Positions 1 through 11,675 are shown, counted from the stretch's first letter. The stretch: 64,000 bases of DNA from a bacterium (GCA_021821305.1 JAKACP010000001.1:468349-532348); one strand, 5' to 3'. Translations and numbers: made by a program. The notes: a model not told the origin generated them from the sequence alone.

Positions 1-1
1 A

Positions 2-124
2 CAGAAGCAGCCGGGTGTGAACGGCATGCCCGTCACGATTTCCATCGTCGCCGAGGACGGCACGAGGACGGAGAAGGATATCGTCCTCAACCGTGACTTC
101 GTCCTGAGCCGGGCGACAGAATAG
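2..124 (+). CDS. partial CDS (3-prime end) of unknown protein running off window start
   Basis: Open frame from window edge to TAG at 122-124 (…GMPVTISIVAEDGTRTEKDIVLNRDFVLSRATE*). No recognisable family. Confidence 0.3.
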   Translation, partial: QKQPGVNGMPVTISIVAEDGTRTEKDIVLNRDFVLSRATE

Positions 125-162
125 GGACGGAAGGATTCCGTGGCGGCGAAGCGGAAGCGGTA

Positions 163-284
163 TGCTTCCGTTTTTGCTTTTTTCGGGCTACAATAAAGAA
201 AAGCACAACTCTCAAAACACAAAGACCAAACAAAACACAAAACACAGAAACCAAGCTAGTGCCTCTGTTCGTGTTTTTATACAT
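163..284. repeat. AC-rich/GT-rich imperfect inverted-repeat element, copy C (shorter), immediately upstream of trmD
   Basis: gtttttgcttttttcg … ctcaaaacacaaagaccaaacaaaacacaaaacacagaaacc … ctctgttcgtgttttt. Same caaaacaca/tgtgttttg building blocks as copies at 918-1062 and 50690-50820. AT-richer than the 65 percent GC background. Confidence 0.45.
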
Positions 285-986
285 ATGCGTTTCGACATCC
301 TCTCCCTGTTTCCCGAAAGTTTCGAATCCTACTTCGGTGCCTCCATGCTGAAGCGCGCGAGGGAGGACGGAAAAATCGATATCAGGCTCTGGAATCCGCG
401 CGACTTCACCCGCGACAAGCACCGCTCCGCTGACGACACGCCCTATGGCGGCGGGGCCGGGATGGTCATGAAGCCGGAGCCGATTTTCGAATGCGCGGAA
501 AGGGCGCTCTCGGAGGGTCCCTCCCGCGAGAAGACGCGGATCATCCTCTTTTCCGCGAAGGGGAAACCCTTCGTCCAGGAAGACGCGAGGCGGCTTTCGC
601 GGTATGAACGTCTCATCCTTATCTGCGGCCGATACGAGGGCGTGGACGAACGCGTGGCGGAGCACCTCGCCGACGAGGAGGTCTCGATCGGGGAGTACGT
701 GCTCACGGGAGGGGAATTGCCCGCGATGGTCGTGACCGACGCGGTGGCGCGGCTCGTGCCCGGTGTCCTCGGCAACGTCGAGAGCGCGGAGACGGAATCG
801 CACAGCGAGGAAGGCGTGCTCGAATATCCCCAGTACACGAAGCCCGAGGAATATCGGGGATGGCGCGTGCCGGACGTACTCCTCTCCGGGCATCACGCGG
901 AGATCGCCAAGTGGAGAAAAAGCAAATCACAAACCATCCAAAACACAAAAAGCCAAACAAAACACGAAACACAGGATCCAAACTGA
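285..986 (+). CDS. trmD: tRNA (guanine37-N1)-methyltransferase TrmD
   Basis: MRFDILSLFPESF…GYNKEK…DDTPYGGGAGMVMKPEPI…ICGRYEGVDERV…GEYVLTGGELPAMVV: SPOUT/TrmD signature. ATG at 285 after the repeat. Last ~20 aa (KSKSQTIQNTKSQTKHETQDPN) are encoded by repeat copy A. Confidence 0.9.
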   Translation: MRFDILSLFPESFESYFGASMLKRAREDGKIDIRLWNPRDFTRDKHRSADDTPYGGGAGMVMKPEPIFECAERALSEGPSREKTRIILFSAKGKPFVQEDARRLSRYERLILICGRYEGVDERVAEHLADEEVSIGEYVLTGGELPAMVVTDAVARLVPGVLGNVESAETESHSEEGVLEYPQYTKPEEYRGWRVPDVLLSGHHAEIAKWRKSKSQTIQNTKSQTKHETQDPN

Positions 987-1062
987 CGCGCTTATTTTGT
1001 GTTTTGAAATTTTTGGAGTTTGTTTGGTCTTTTGTGCTCTGGGCTTTGTGTTTTTGAAAAAA
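918..1062. repeat. AC-rich/GT-rich imperfect inverted-repeat element, copy A (trmD-ftsW intergenic, overlapping trmD 3-prime end)
   Basis: caaaacacaaaaagccaaacaaaacac is 27/27 identical to 50696-50722. It is followed by a GT-rich arm (ttttgtgttttg…gtttggtcttttgtgctctgggctttgtgtttttg) that can fold back on the AC arm, then a T/A run before the ftsW ATG. Confidence 0.55.
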
Positions 1063-2199
1063 ATGGTCAAAAAGAAAAAAACAGGTGCGATATCGGCTCC
1101 CTTCATCTCCGGCGATAAGCCGCTCCTGTTCACCGTGTTTCTCCTCCTCGGAATAGGACTGCTCATGGTGGCGAGCGCCGGGGTATCGTACGGCAATATC
1201 CGTTTCGACGACGGGTACTATTTTTTCAAGCGGCAGTTGATCGGCGTCGGCGTCGGACTCTTCGCGCTTTTCGTTTTCCAGCGGATCCCGTACGGATTCT
1301 GGAAAAAGATATCGATACCGTTTTTCCTCGGGTCCATCGTGCTCCTGGTGCTCGTGCTCATACCGAGTCTGGGTACGGAAGCCTACGGCGCCTCCCGGTG
1401 GCTCGATATCGGGCCGATATCCTTCCAGCCCTCGGAAGTCATGAAACTCGCGCTCGTCATCTATTTCGCCGCATGGCTCTCGAGCAAGAGCATGGCGAAA
1501 AAGACCGACTTCAGCGAGAGCGTCGTCCCGTTCTCGATCGTGCTCCTCGTCGTCGGTTTCCTCATCCTGAAACAGCCCGACACGGGGACCCTCGGGATCC
1601 TGTTCATCATCGCGCTTTCGCTCTTCTTCGCGTCCGGCGCCAAGCTCTCGCACATCGGGCTCCTGCTCGGTACGGGCTTCGCCGGTCTGCTCATCCTCAT
1701 CTGGCTCGCGCCGTACCGGATGCGCCGGATGCTCGTCTTCCTCGACCCGGAACATGATCCGAGCGGTGCCGGCTATCAGATCAAGCAGGCGCTCATCGCC
1801 GTCGGTTCCGGCGGCATACTCGGACTGGGGCTGGGGCACAGTCGGCAGAAATTCGCCTATCTTCCGGAGCCGATGACCGATTCCATCTTCGCGATCCTCG
1901 GGGAGGAACTCGGTATCGTCGGCGGAGCGTTCCTGATCGCCCTCTTTGTCTTCTTCGCGTATCGGGGATTTCATATCGCCCGGCGCGCGCCGGACGAGTT
2001 CGGCCGCTACCTCGCCATCGGTATCGTCTCGTGGATCGTATTCCAGGCGTTCGTGAATATCTTCGCCATCACCGGCATGATCCCGCTCACCGGCGTCCCG
2101 CTTCCGTTCATAAGCTACGGAGGCACGTCGATCGCGGTGCTCCTCGGAGCGGTCGGCATATTGCTCAACGTCTCCAAACATTCTAGAATGGTGAAATGA
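1063..2199 (+). CDS. ftsW: SEDS-family peptidoglycan glycosyltransferase FtsW/RodA (FtsW by dcw context)
   Basis: 379 aa polytopic membrane protein (…GGTSIAVLLGAVGILLNVS). Directly followed by murG-murC-murB. The listed ORF start at 763 is an artefactual extension through the repeat; ATG at 1063 chosen. Confidence 0.85.
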   Translation: MVKKKKTGAISAPFISGDKPLLFTVFLLLGIGLLMVASAGVSYGNIRFDDGYYFFKRQLIGVGVGLFALFVFQRIPYGFWKKISIPFFLGSIVLLVLVLIPSLGTEAYGASRWLDIGPISFQPSEVMKLALVIYFAAWLSSKSMAKKTDFSESVVPFSIVLLVVGFLILKQPDTGTLGILFIIALSLFFASGAKLSHIGLLLGTGFAGLLILIWLAPYRMRRMLVFLDPEHDPSGAGYQIKQALIAVGSGGILGLGLGHSRQKFAYLPEPMTDSIFAILGEELGIVGGAFLIALFVFFAYRGFHIARRAPDEFGRYLAIGIVSWIVFQAFVNIFAITGMIPLTGVPLPFISYGGTSIAVLLGAVGILLNVSKHSRMVK

Positions 2200-2229
2200 G
2201 CCGCGACATTCACGAGTTTCCGAAAAGCT

Positions 2230-3348
2230 ATGAGCAATGAGATCCGGGTCGTACTGACGGGAGGATTGTCGGGCGGGCACACGTTTCCGCTCATCGCGGT
2301 CGCCCGGGCGATCCGCGCGCGCGCCGGCGCGCCGGCGGATTTTCTCTATATCGGGTCGCGCGGACAGTTCGAGGAAAACGCGATGACCGCCGAGGGCATA
2401 CCGGTGCGATACGTGCTTTCCGGGAAGATGCGCCGGTATTTCTCGCTTCAGAACTTCGTCGACCCGTTCAAGGTCCCGATCGGGTTCCTGCAGTCGCTCT
2501 GGCATCTCTTCCGGTACATGCCCGACGCCGTGTTCGCCAAGGGCGGATCCGTCTCGATACCCGTGTGTCTCGCCGCATGGGTGTTCCGCATACCGATCGT
2601 CATCCATGATTCCGATGCGGTGGCCGGTCGGGCCAATAAACTGCTCGCGCGGTTCGCGTCGCGCATCGCGATCGCCTATCCGTCGGCGCAGGAATTTTTC
2701 CCCGCGCGGAAGACGGCGCTCACCGGCAACCCCGTCCGTGCGGAGATCCTTTCCGGGGACCCGGCTACGGCCGACGCCCGGTTCGGATTCGCTTCGGATC
2801 GACCGGTCGTACTCGTGCTCGGGGGGAGTCTCGGCGCGCAGTCGCTCAACAAGGCGGTCGTCCGCATGTTGCCGCAGCTCCTCCGCGAAGCGCAGGTACT
2901 GCATCAGACCGGAAACGCCAACTACCAGGAGACGGTGGCGCTCGCCGGGGAAATGGGGGTCAAGGCCGGATACGAGGGATATATCCCGGTCCCGTTCCTC
3001 GGTCCCGCGGATCTCGCGCTCGCGCTCGCGCGGGCGGATCTGGTCATTTCCCGCGCCGGAGCCGGATCGATCGCGGAGATCGCGGCCTGCGGCAAACCGG
3101 CGATACTCGTGCCGCTTCCGACGGCGGCCAACGACGAACAGCGCAAGAACGCCTATGATGTGGCGCACGGCGGCGGCGCGCTCGTACTCGAAGAGGCCAA
3201 TCTCGGCGAGCACATCTTCTTTTCGAAGACGGATGAGCTCCTGAAGAATCCCGAGCTCCGATCGACGATGGGACGGAATATCCGCTCGTTCTACAATCCC
3301 GACGCGGCGGACATGATCGCCGAAGGGGTCTTGTCGCTCACCCGCTAG
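2230..3348 (+). CDS. murG: UDP-GlcNAc:lipid I GlcNAc transferase MurG
   Basis: GGLSGGHTFPLIAVA N-terminus and GGSLGA motif; GT28 fold order; dcw context. Confidence 0.9.
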   Translation: MSNEIRVVLTGGLSGGHTFPLIAVARAIRARAGAPADFLYIGSRGQFEENAMTAEGIPVRYVLSGKMRRYFSLQNFVDPFKVPIGFLQSLWHLFRYMPDAVFAKGGSVSIPVCLAAWVFRIPIVIHDSDAVAGRANKLLARFASRIAIAYPSAQEFFPARKTALTGNPVRAEILSGDPATADARFGFASDRPVVLVLGGSLGAQSLNKAVVRMLPQLLREAQVLHQTGNANYQETVALAGEMGVKAGYEGYIPVPFLGPADLALALARADLVISRAGAGSIAEIAACGKPAILVPLPTAANDEQRKNAYDVAHGGGALVLEEANLGEHIFFSKTDELLKNPELRSTMGRNIRSFYNPDAADMIAEGVLSLTR

Positions 3349-3358
3349 GTACGCTTCT

Positions 3359-4798
3359 ATGACGCACGAACCGCGCATGACATCATTGGCCGGAAAAAAG
3401 ATCCACTTCATCGGCGTGAAAGGTGCCGGCATGGCCGCTTTGGCGGAGCTCTTCGCCGGGAGCGGTGCCGTCGTGTCCGGCTCCGATACCGATGAATCGT
3501 TTTTCACCGACAAGGTGCTGAAGGCTATCGGTCTCGTTCCCTCGGTCGGCTTCTCGCCGGAGCATATCCCGGGCGATGCCGATCTCGTGGTCTATTCGAC
3601 CGCCTATGAGCGGGAGACCAACGCCGAGCTCGAATCCGCGTTCTCGAGAAAGCTCCCCGTACTCTCCTATCCGGAAGCGGTCGGGGAGTTCACGAAGGAG
3701 CGGATGAGCCTGCTCGTGTCCGGGACGCACGGCAAGACCACAACGTCCGCCCTCCTTGCCGAGACGCTCCGCGTGGCGGGGCTCGACCCTTCCGCGATCA
3801 TCGGCAGCCGTGTCCGGAGCTGGGAAGGGAATGCGCTTGCCGGTTCCGGCGAGTACTTCGTCCTCGAAGCGGACGAGTATCAGAACAAGCTCCGATACTA
3901 TCAGCCGTTCGCGGTGATCCTCACGAGCGTCGACTGGGATCATCCGGACTTTTTCCCCGATGTGGAGAGCTACAAGAACACGTTCAAGGAGTTCGTCCGG
4001 CGCATTCCGCGACACGGCGTCCTCGTCTATTGCAACGACTCGGCCGCGGTGGCGGAGATAGCCGCGGAAGCGACCTGCGAGAAACGAAGCTACGGTTTCC
4101 ACGAAGATTCCGATTTCCTCGTGAGGGGATATGAGCCGAAGACGCTCGAGGGAGCGGATCCGGAGGGCGAGAAGCAACGGTTCGAAGTCGTGTCCGGCCA
4201 GGGTTCGCTCGGGAGTTTCTCGATCCGTCTCGCGGGACGGCATAACACGCAGAACGCGGCGGCCGTCGTCGCGCTCGCCTCGTTCCTCAGGATCGACATG
4301 GACCGGGTCCGGGAAGGACTGGCTTCGTTTCCCGGAACGGAACGGCGATTCGAATACGTCGGGGAGCGGCATGGCGCGCTCGTGTATGACGATTACGCGC
4401 ATCATCCGGAGGAGCTCATGGCGACGATCGGAGCGTTCCGCGATCTCTATCCGACCAGACGGCTCACGGCGGTCTTTCACCCCCATACGTTCAGCCGAAC
4501 GGAGGCTCTTCTCCCTGAGTTTTCCCAGAGTTTCGACCGTGCCGACCGCGTACTGGTGCTCGATGTCTACGGGAGCGCGCGCGAACACGGGGGCGGTGTC
4601 TCGTCCGAGGACCTCGTCCGGGAGATCAACCGCTACGCACCGGGAAAGGCCGAATATGTCGGAACCGTCGATGCCGCGGTCGCGGATCTGTCGGAAACGA
4701 TCGGGGCGAACGACCTTGTCGTGACCTTCGGTGCGGGCAATGTCTGGGAAGTGGCAAGGAAATTTGTCGAGTCCGAAAATCCTTCACCTAAAAGCTAA
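3359..4798 (+). CDS. murC: UDP-N-acetylmuramate--L-alanine ligase MurC
   Basis: IHFIGVKGAGMAALAE N-terminus and GTHGKTTTSALL P-loop; Mur ligase architecture. Alternative start at 3377. Confidence 0.9.
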   Translation: MTHEPRMTSLAGKKIHFIGVKGAGMAALAELFAGSGAVVSGSDTDESFFTDKVLKAIGLVPSVGFSPEHIPGDADLVVYSTAYERETNAELESAFSRKLPVLSYPEAVGEFTKERMSLLVSGTHGKTTTSALLAETLRVAGLDPSAIIGSRVRSWEGNALAGSGEYFVLEADEYQNKLRYYQPFAVILTSVDWDHPDFFPDVESYKNTFKEFVRRIPRHGVLVYCNDSAAVAEIAAEATCEKRSYGFHEDSDFLVRGYEPKTLEGADPEGEKQRFEVVSGQGSLGSFSIRLAGRHNTQNAAAVVALASFLRIDMDRVREGLASFPGTERRFEYVGERHGALVYDDYAHHPEELMATIGAFRDLYPTRRLTAVFHPHTFSRTEALLPEFSQSFDRADRVLVLDVYGSAREHGGGVSSEDLVREINRYAPGKAEYVGTVDAAVADLSETIGANDLVVTFGAGNVWEVARKFVESENPSPKS

Positions 4799-4817
4799 AA
4801 CCTATCATCTTCCACTT

Positions 4818-5759
4818 ATGACTTTCAGGAGTCACGTGCCCCTCGCGCAGTATACGACGTTCCGGATCGGCGGCAAGGCGTCCTTGTTCGCCGAGGCGGC
4901 CAATGCGATCGATCTCGCGGAGTGCTATGAGCGGGCCGCCCAGGATAATCTGCCGGTATTCGTATTCTCCGGCGGAAGCAACGTCCTGTTCTCCGACAAC
5001 GGATTTCCGGGTCTCGTCGTCCGTCTCATCGATGGCGGGATGCACGTCGGGGACAACGGTCGGATCTCCGCCGGGGCGGGACGGTCGCTCGCCGAGCTGG
5101 TGTCTTCCGCCGGTGAGGCCGGCCTTTCCGGTCTGGAAAATCTCGCGGGCATCCCCGGGTCGGTCGGCGGGGCGGTGCGCGGCAATGCCGGAGCGTTCGG
5201 TACGGAAATCGGGGACAGGGTCCTCTCCGTCAAGGCGTTCCATATCGAATCGGGCATGGTCAAGGAATATACCCGGGCCGAATGCGGATTCGAGTACCGG
5301 GACAGTTTTTTCAAGCAACATCCGAAATATATCGTCTTGTCCGCGGAATTCCGGCTGACGCCGTCCGCCGATCCGGAGCGGCTCTTCGAGAAGGCTCAGG
5401 AGATTCGTGATCTGCGCGAGGAAAAACATCCGCAGGACGTATTTTCGGCCGGCTCCTTCTTCATGAATCCGATCGTCCGTGACGAGAAGCTCCGGGACGA
5501 ATTCCGCAAGGACAGCGGCAAGGAGCCGAAGGACGACAAACTCCCGGCCGGATGGCTCATCGACCAGGTCGGTCTGCGCGGCAAGACCATCGGACACGCG
5601 AAAGTGAGCGAAGCGCACCCGAATTACCTCATCAATACCGGCGGCGCGACCGCCGAGGACGTGCTGACGCTCGCGAGCATCGTCAAACAAAAGGTTCGTG
5701 ACGAGGTCGGAGTGATGCTCACGCAGGAGGTGCAGTTGGTCGGGTTCGGGAAGGCATGA
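4818..5759 (+). CDS. murB: UDP-N-acetylenolpyruvoylglucosamine reductase MurB
   Basis: YTTFRIGGKA…VFSGGSNVLF FAD-binding motifs. ATG at 4818 chosen just after the murC stop; the ORF at 4731 overlaps murC. Confidence 0.9.
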   Translation: MTFRSHVPLAQYTTFRIGGKASLFAEAANAIDLAECYERAAQDNLPVFVFSGGSNVLFSDNGFPGLVVRLIDGGMHVGDNGRISAGAGRSLAELVSSAGEAGLSGLENLAGIPGSVGGAVRGNAGAFGTEIGDRVLSVKAFHIESGMVKEYTRAECGFEYRDSFFKQHPKYIVLSAEFRLTPSADPERLFEKAQEIRDLREEKHPQDVFSAGSFFMNPIVRDEKLRDEFRKDSGKEPKDDKLPAGWLIDQVGLRGKTIGHAKVSEAHPNYLINTGGATAEDVLTLASIVKQKVRDEVGVMLTQEVQLVGFGKA

Positions 5760-5833
5760 CGCATATCGGGATTTTTGGACTTTTGAAGAGGAAAGAATGG
5801 GTGTGGTATGCTTGTAGTAATGAATGAGGGATA

Positions 5834-6202
5834 ATGTTTAAGATAACTGTTATGAAAACCCGGTTTCTGTTCAAGGACGTGGAGGTGGATGAGAAGACGA
5901 AGGATTATATTCTGAAGCGATTGGAGGAAATAAGCGATTTGTTCCATGAATTGACCCTGTTCGATACGGAGGTAAGCAGGGACAAAAGAGGGTTTTTCTA
6001 CGTCGAGGTGAATGTCCGGGAGCCTCACAAACTGCATCGCGCCAAGGAGACGTCCAAAAGCATTGAGGGATCCATCGATATGGTCATCGCCAAACTCCGC
6101 GTGCATATCGTCAAGGAGAAGGACCGGCGGCGTGAACTGCGCGAACGCGGAGCCCGTTCCATCAAGAAGGGCGTCGTCGTCGACGAATCGGCGAGATTCT
6201 GA
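5834..6202 (+). CDS. hpf: ribosome hibernation promoting factor / RaiA (S30AE family)
   Basis: Typical HPF N-terminus (KDVEVDEKTKDYILKRLEEI…). hpf-secA synteny as in Bacillus. Alternative start at 5852. Confidence 0.8.
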   Translation: MFKITVMKTRFLFKDVEVDEKTKDYILKRLEEISDLFHELTLFDTEVSRDKRGFFYVEVNVREPHKLHRAKETSKSIEGSIDMVIAKLRVHIVKEKDRRRELRERGARSIKKGVVVDESARF

Positions 6203-6244
6203 TATGATGGAAATGTCGGAGAATAAACATAAACATATCGCGCT

Positions 6245-6340
6245 ATGAAACCTCAGGATAGGAAGAATGAGACGGTATTGCTTCTGTTCGTCATCGGCGG
6301 ACTCACCGCTTCCGCGCTCATCTTCGTGATCGGATTGTAG
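6245..6340 (+). CDS. small hydrophobic ORF (31 aa, single TM), hypothetical
   Basis: MKPQDRKNETVLLLFVIGGLTASALIFVIGL. Sits between hpf and a hairpin terminator. Not in the ORF track (too short). No clear SD. Confidence 0.3.
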   Translation: MKPQDRKNETVLLLFVIGGLTASALIFVIGL

Positions 6341-6364
6341 CGGCACATCGCGCCGATCGTACCG

Positions 6365-6396
6365 GACCCCCTCTTTTGACGGGGGTCTTTTTGTTT
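6365..6396 (+). terminator. rho-independent terminator-like hairpin after hpf/small ORF
   Basis: gaccccc-tcttttgac-gggggtc followed by tttttgttt. Confidence 0.5.
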
Positions 6397-6404
6397 GGTA
6401 CACT
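6376..6404 (+). promoter_or_regulatory. sigma-70-like promoter for secA (TTGACG-17-TACACT), overlapping the upstream terminator loop
   Basis: TTGACG 6376-6381, 17-nt spacer, TACACT 6399-6404; about 120 nt upstream of secA ATG. Confidence 0.4.
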
Positions 6405-6524
6405 GAAACGGCTTTATCAAGGGGAAAAGCAACAAGCAACTCACAGTCAACAAAAAGAGGGAACTGATTTTTCTGTCCCTTGTTCTCTGTTAATTGTTCT
6501 CTGTTTTTCTGTTAACTGACCTTT

Positions 6525-9167
<2,643 letters not shown>

Positions 9168-9292
9168 AGAAAAAACCGCCGGAACGACATGAAATGGGTA
9201 TCTGATCCATTTCACTCCGACGGTGGCACTCTGGCCACCCTGATACTAGCAACTTCCCGCGACAGTGACAATATTTACGGAATACGGACGCT

Positions 9293-9766
9293 ATGCGCAT
9301 CCTCGAGGCGAAAATCGGCGAGAAATGGATGGCTGCGGCGGCAGATGTCGCGAAGAAGGCGACTTGCGAGCGTTCGAAATGTGGATCGGTGATCGTCCGA
9401 GATGGGCGGATCATCGGCGAGGGATCCAACTCTCCGGCGGGGAATCTCGAGAGCGAGCGGCGATGCGGCGCCGACAAGTCCTCGTACGATACGAAGGTGA
9501 CGGACAAGACCTGCTGCGTGCATGCCGAGGAGCGGGCGATCATGGATGCGCTCCGGCGTCACCCGGACGAGGTTTCCGGATCGATGCTCTATTTCGTCCG
9601 GCTGGATGCGGACGGAAATCCGAAACATTCGGGGAAACCCTACTGCACCATCTGCAGCAAACTCGCCCTCGATGCCGGTATCGCGGAATTCATCCTCTGG
9701 CACGAGGAAGGCATCACCGCCTACCCGACGGATGAGTACAACCGTCTGTCGTATCTCTATCAATAA
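9293..9766 (+). CDS. cytidine/deoxycytidylate deaminase family zinc-binding protein
   Basis: CVHAEERAI (H-A-E zinc ligand motif) and PCTICSK (PCxxC) define the CDA fold. Confidence 0.8.
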   Translation: MRILEAKIGEKWMAAAADVAKKATCERSKCGSVIVRDGRIIGEGSNSPAGNLESERRCGADKSSYDTKVTDKTCCVHAEERAIMDALRRHPDEVSGSMLYFVRLDADGNPKHSGKPYCTICSKLALDAGIAEFILWHEEGITAYPTDEYNRLSYLYQ

Positions 9767-10035
9767 AAAAGAAAAGCCCCCGGACTCGTCAACTCTGCCG
9801 GGACGTTGCCGCGGCGAGATGGGCGCATGAGTTCGGGGGGCGCGAGGAAGGGGATCGGGGAGTGGGGGAAATGATGTCATGGGTTCGTCGTGAACCCTGC
9901 TGCCCCGAATGCCCTATCCTCGCACGATCAGTATACAAGGGGATGTCCCATGACACAACCGCACGGTTGACGGATGTTCCTTCCGGATGTATTTTCGAGA
10001 TAAGTTCCAGTTTTTTTACAGGAAGGAGAAGGAAA

Positions 10036-10509
10036 ATGGCAAAGTTTCTGGATGGATGGAGGGTTCAGCCATGGGTGCCGCGGAGTGTCGCCTTCGTTCT
10101 CGGTACGCAGGGATATCATTACGCTATCCGCCAGGGGAGCATCGAGGATCTGGCGGCCGCGATCTTCTTCATACGCGAGGCCGAAAAACGCGGAGTGCGT
10201 ATCCGGAAAGATTTTCCCGGAGAGGCGCTCATCGTCCGCGAGATGATGGAGAGCGGGTACTACGGTCTCAAGCGGAGCGACTATACGGATCAGATCACGC
10301 TCTGGATGTCGCTTGCGGACGGGAAACGCCTGGTCGTGGAAGACCTGAGGCAGGCGATCGTGTTCGGTGCGGATCCCGATCTGACATTTTGGCCACAACT
10401 CGAGGAATCGATGACGGGAACGGCTTGCGAGATATTCGTCGGCGGGAAATCCTATCCCTTTTCGATAGCCAACCTCTGCTTTTTCCTGGAGCAGGCCAAA
10501 GCCGCATGA
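10036..10509 (+). CDS. hypothetical protein (about 157 aa)
   Basis: Start chosen at MAKFLDGWRVQPW behind SD aggaaggagaagg. TTGACG-17-TATTTT promoter-like element at about 9976-10004. No family recognised. Confidence 0.5.
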   Translation: MAKFLDGWRVQPWVPRSVAFVLGTQGYHYAIRQGSIEDLAAAIFFIREAEKRGVRIRKDFPGEALIVREMMESGYYGLKRSDYTDQITLWMSLADGKRLVVEDLRQAIVFGADPDLTFWPQLEESMTGTACEIFVGGKSYPFSIANLCFFLEQAKAA

Positions 10510-10556
10510 ACCTATGCGGCTTTTTTTCGCGCTTCACAAAGTCCGCGCCATCCGCT

Positions 10557-11618
10557 ATGGTTCCGTATATGCGATACGAAGATCTGGAAAGATATGACTA
10601 TGTCCTCCCGCCGGAACTCATCCGGAAGGAGGGAATCGAACCGCGCGACTCGGCGAGGCTCTTCGTCTACGATACCCGGACGGACGAGCTCCGCCACGGC
10701 TTCTTTTACGAGCTTGCGGCGTATCTCCCGGAGAAATCCCTCATGATCCTCAATGAGACGCGCGTCGTCCCGGCGAGACTCTGGCTTCGCAAGGAGACCG
10801 GCGGCAGGATCGAGGCCTTCGTGCTCGCGAACGAGTGGGATGGCGCAGGCGAGATCCCGCTCCTTGTCGATCGCAAGTGCATGCCGGGGATGCGGCTCTC
10901 CTTCCCGAACGGGAGTTTCCTCGAAATCGTCCGTCAGGAGGAGAGCCGGTTCTTCGCGCGGCTCGAAAGCGGGAAACCGCTCGAGATACTCCTCGACACG
11001 TTCGGCGAGACACCGATCCCGCACTACCTCGAAGGAGCGGAGAAAGGAGACGAGCAGGAGCTTCGGAGACGGTATCAGACCGTATTCGCGAAGACGGGCG
11101 CTTCGGTCGCCGCACCGACCGCATCGCTCCACTTCACCGATCGCGTGTTCGAATCACTCGATCGCAAGGGTATCGATATCGCGAAGGTGACGCTCGACGT
11201 CGGACAGGGGACGTTCGCGCCGCTCCGTGAGGAGAATTTCCGGACGAAGACGCTCCATCGGGAGCGTATCGACGTATCCCCCGAGACCGCTCGCCGCCTC
11301 GATACCGCAAAGCAGGACGGAAGGCCGATCGTCGCCGTCGGCACCACCGCACTCCGTACGCTCGAGTCGGTGTCGGGGGACGACGGATTCCGGGCGCATT
11401 CCGGACCGACCGATATCTTCATCTTCCCGCCGCACGTGTTCCGCTCGGCCGATATCCTCCTCACCAACTTTCATCTGCCGAAGACCTCGCTCATGCTCCT
11501 CGTGGATGCTTTCCTCGAACACAAGGGGTCGAAACGACGCATCCTCGATCTCTACGGGGAAGCGATCCGCGAGAAGTACGCGTTCTACTCCTTCGGCGAT
11601 TCGATGCTCATCCTTTGA
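10557..11618 (+). CDS. queA: S-adenosylmethionine:tRNA ribosyltransferase-isomerase QueA
   Basis: YDYVLPPELI…LFVYD…MILNETRVVPARL…GTTALR: QueA signature. The ORF from 9987 is an upstream extension; alternative starts at 10506 and 10569. Confidence 0.9.
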   Translation: MVPYMRYEDLERYDYVLPPELIRKEGIEPRDSARLFVYDTRTDELRHGFFYELAAYLPEKSLMILNETRVVPARLWLRKETGGRIEAFVLANEWDGAGEIPLLVDRKCMPGMRLSFPNGSFLEIVRQEESRFFARLESGKPLEILLDTFGETPIPHYLEGAEKGDEQELRRRYQTVFAKTGASVAAPTASLHFTDRVFESLDRKGIDIAKVTLDVGQGTFAPLREENFRTKTLHRERIDVSPETARRLDTAKQDGRPIVAVGTTALRTLESVSGDDGFRAHSGPTDIFIFPPHVFRSADILLTNFHLPKTSLMLLVDAFLEHKGSKRRILDLYGEAIREKYAFYSFGDSMLIL

Positions 11619-11622
11619 AATT

Positions 11623-11651
11623 TTGCGCGGATGAAATAAAGACAGTATACT
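11623..11651 (+). promoter_or_regulatory. sigma-70-like promoter for the PBP gene (TTGCGC-17-TATACT)
   Basis: TTGCGC 11623-11628, 17-nt spacer, TATACT 11646-11651. Confidence 0.45.
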
Positions 11652-11675
11652 GGAAACGTTTCCGAAATCCGTATC

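Noticed and set aside
763-1062. N-terminal 100-codon extension of the ftsW ORF and overlapping small ORFs 860-1057 and 927-1196 (peptides such as KTQKAKQNTKH…)
   Set aside because: Encoded by the AC/GT repeat element. The same peptide-like strings appear at 50690-50820 simply because the DNA is repeated. ftsW start moved to ATG 1063.
703-3513. 936-aa minus-strand ORF and similar long antisense ORFs: 6447-8513, 11700-13817, 14425-15645, 30694-32406, 36317-37915, 37906-39075, 39068-40345, 40349-41287, 41565-43763, 44791-47010, 58220-59764 on minus; 28973-30217, 50753-52201, 53197-54240, 54155-55171 on plus
   Set aside because: All lie antisense to, or out of frame with, confidently identified conserved genes (ftsW/murG, secA, PBP, pyrG, mraY, pgk, eno, ftsA, alaS, dnaK, phoH, dnaB, cysS, corA). 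Their products are Arg/Asp/Glu/Gly-rich low-complexity strings typical of stop-codon-poor GC-rich antisense frames.
9987-10556. 5-prime 190-codon extension of the queA ORF (543-aa version)
   Set aside because: Overlaps the upstream hypothetical gene in another frame. The QueA homology (YDYVLPPELI) begins at 10557/10569.
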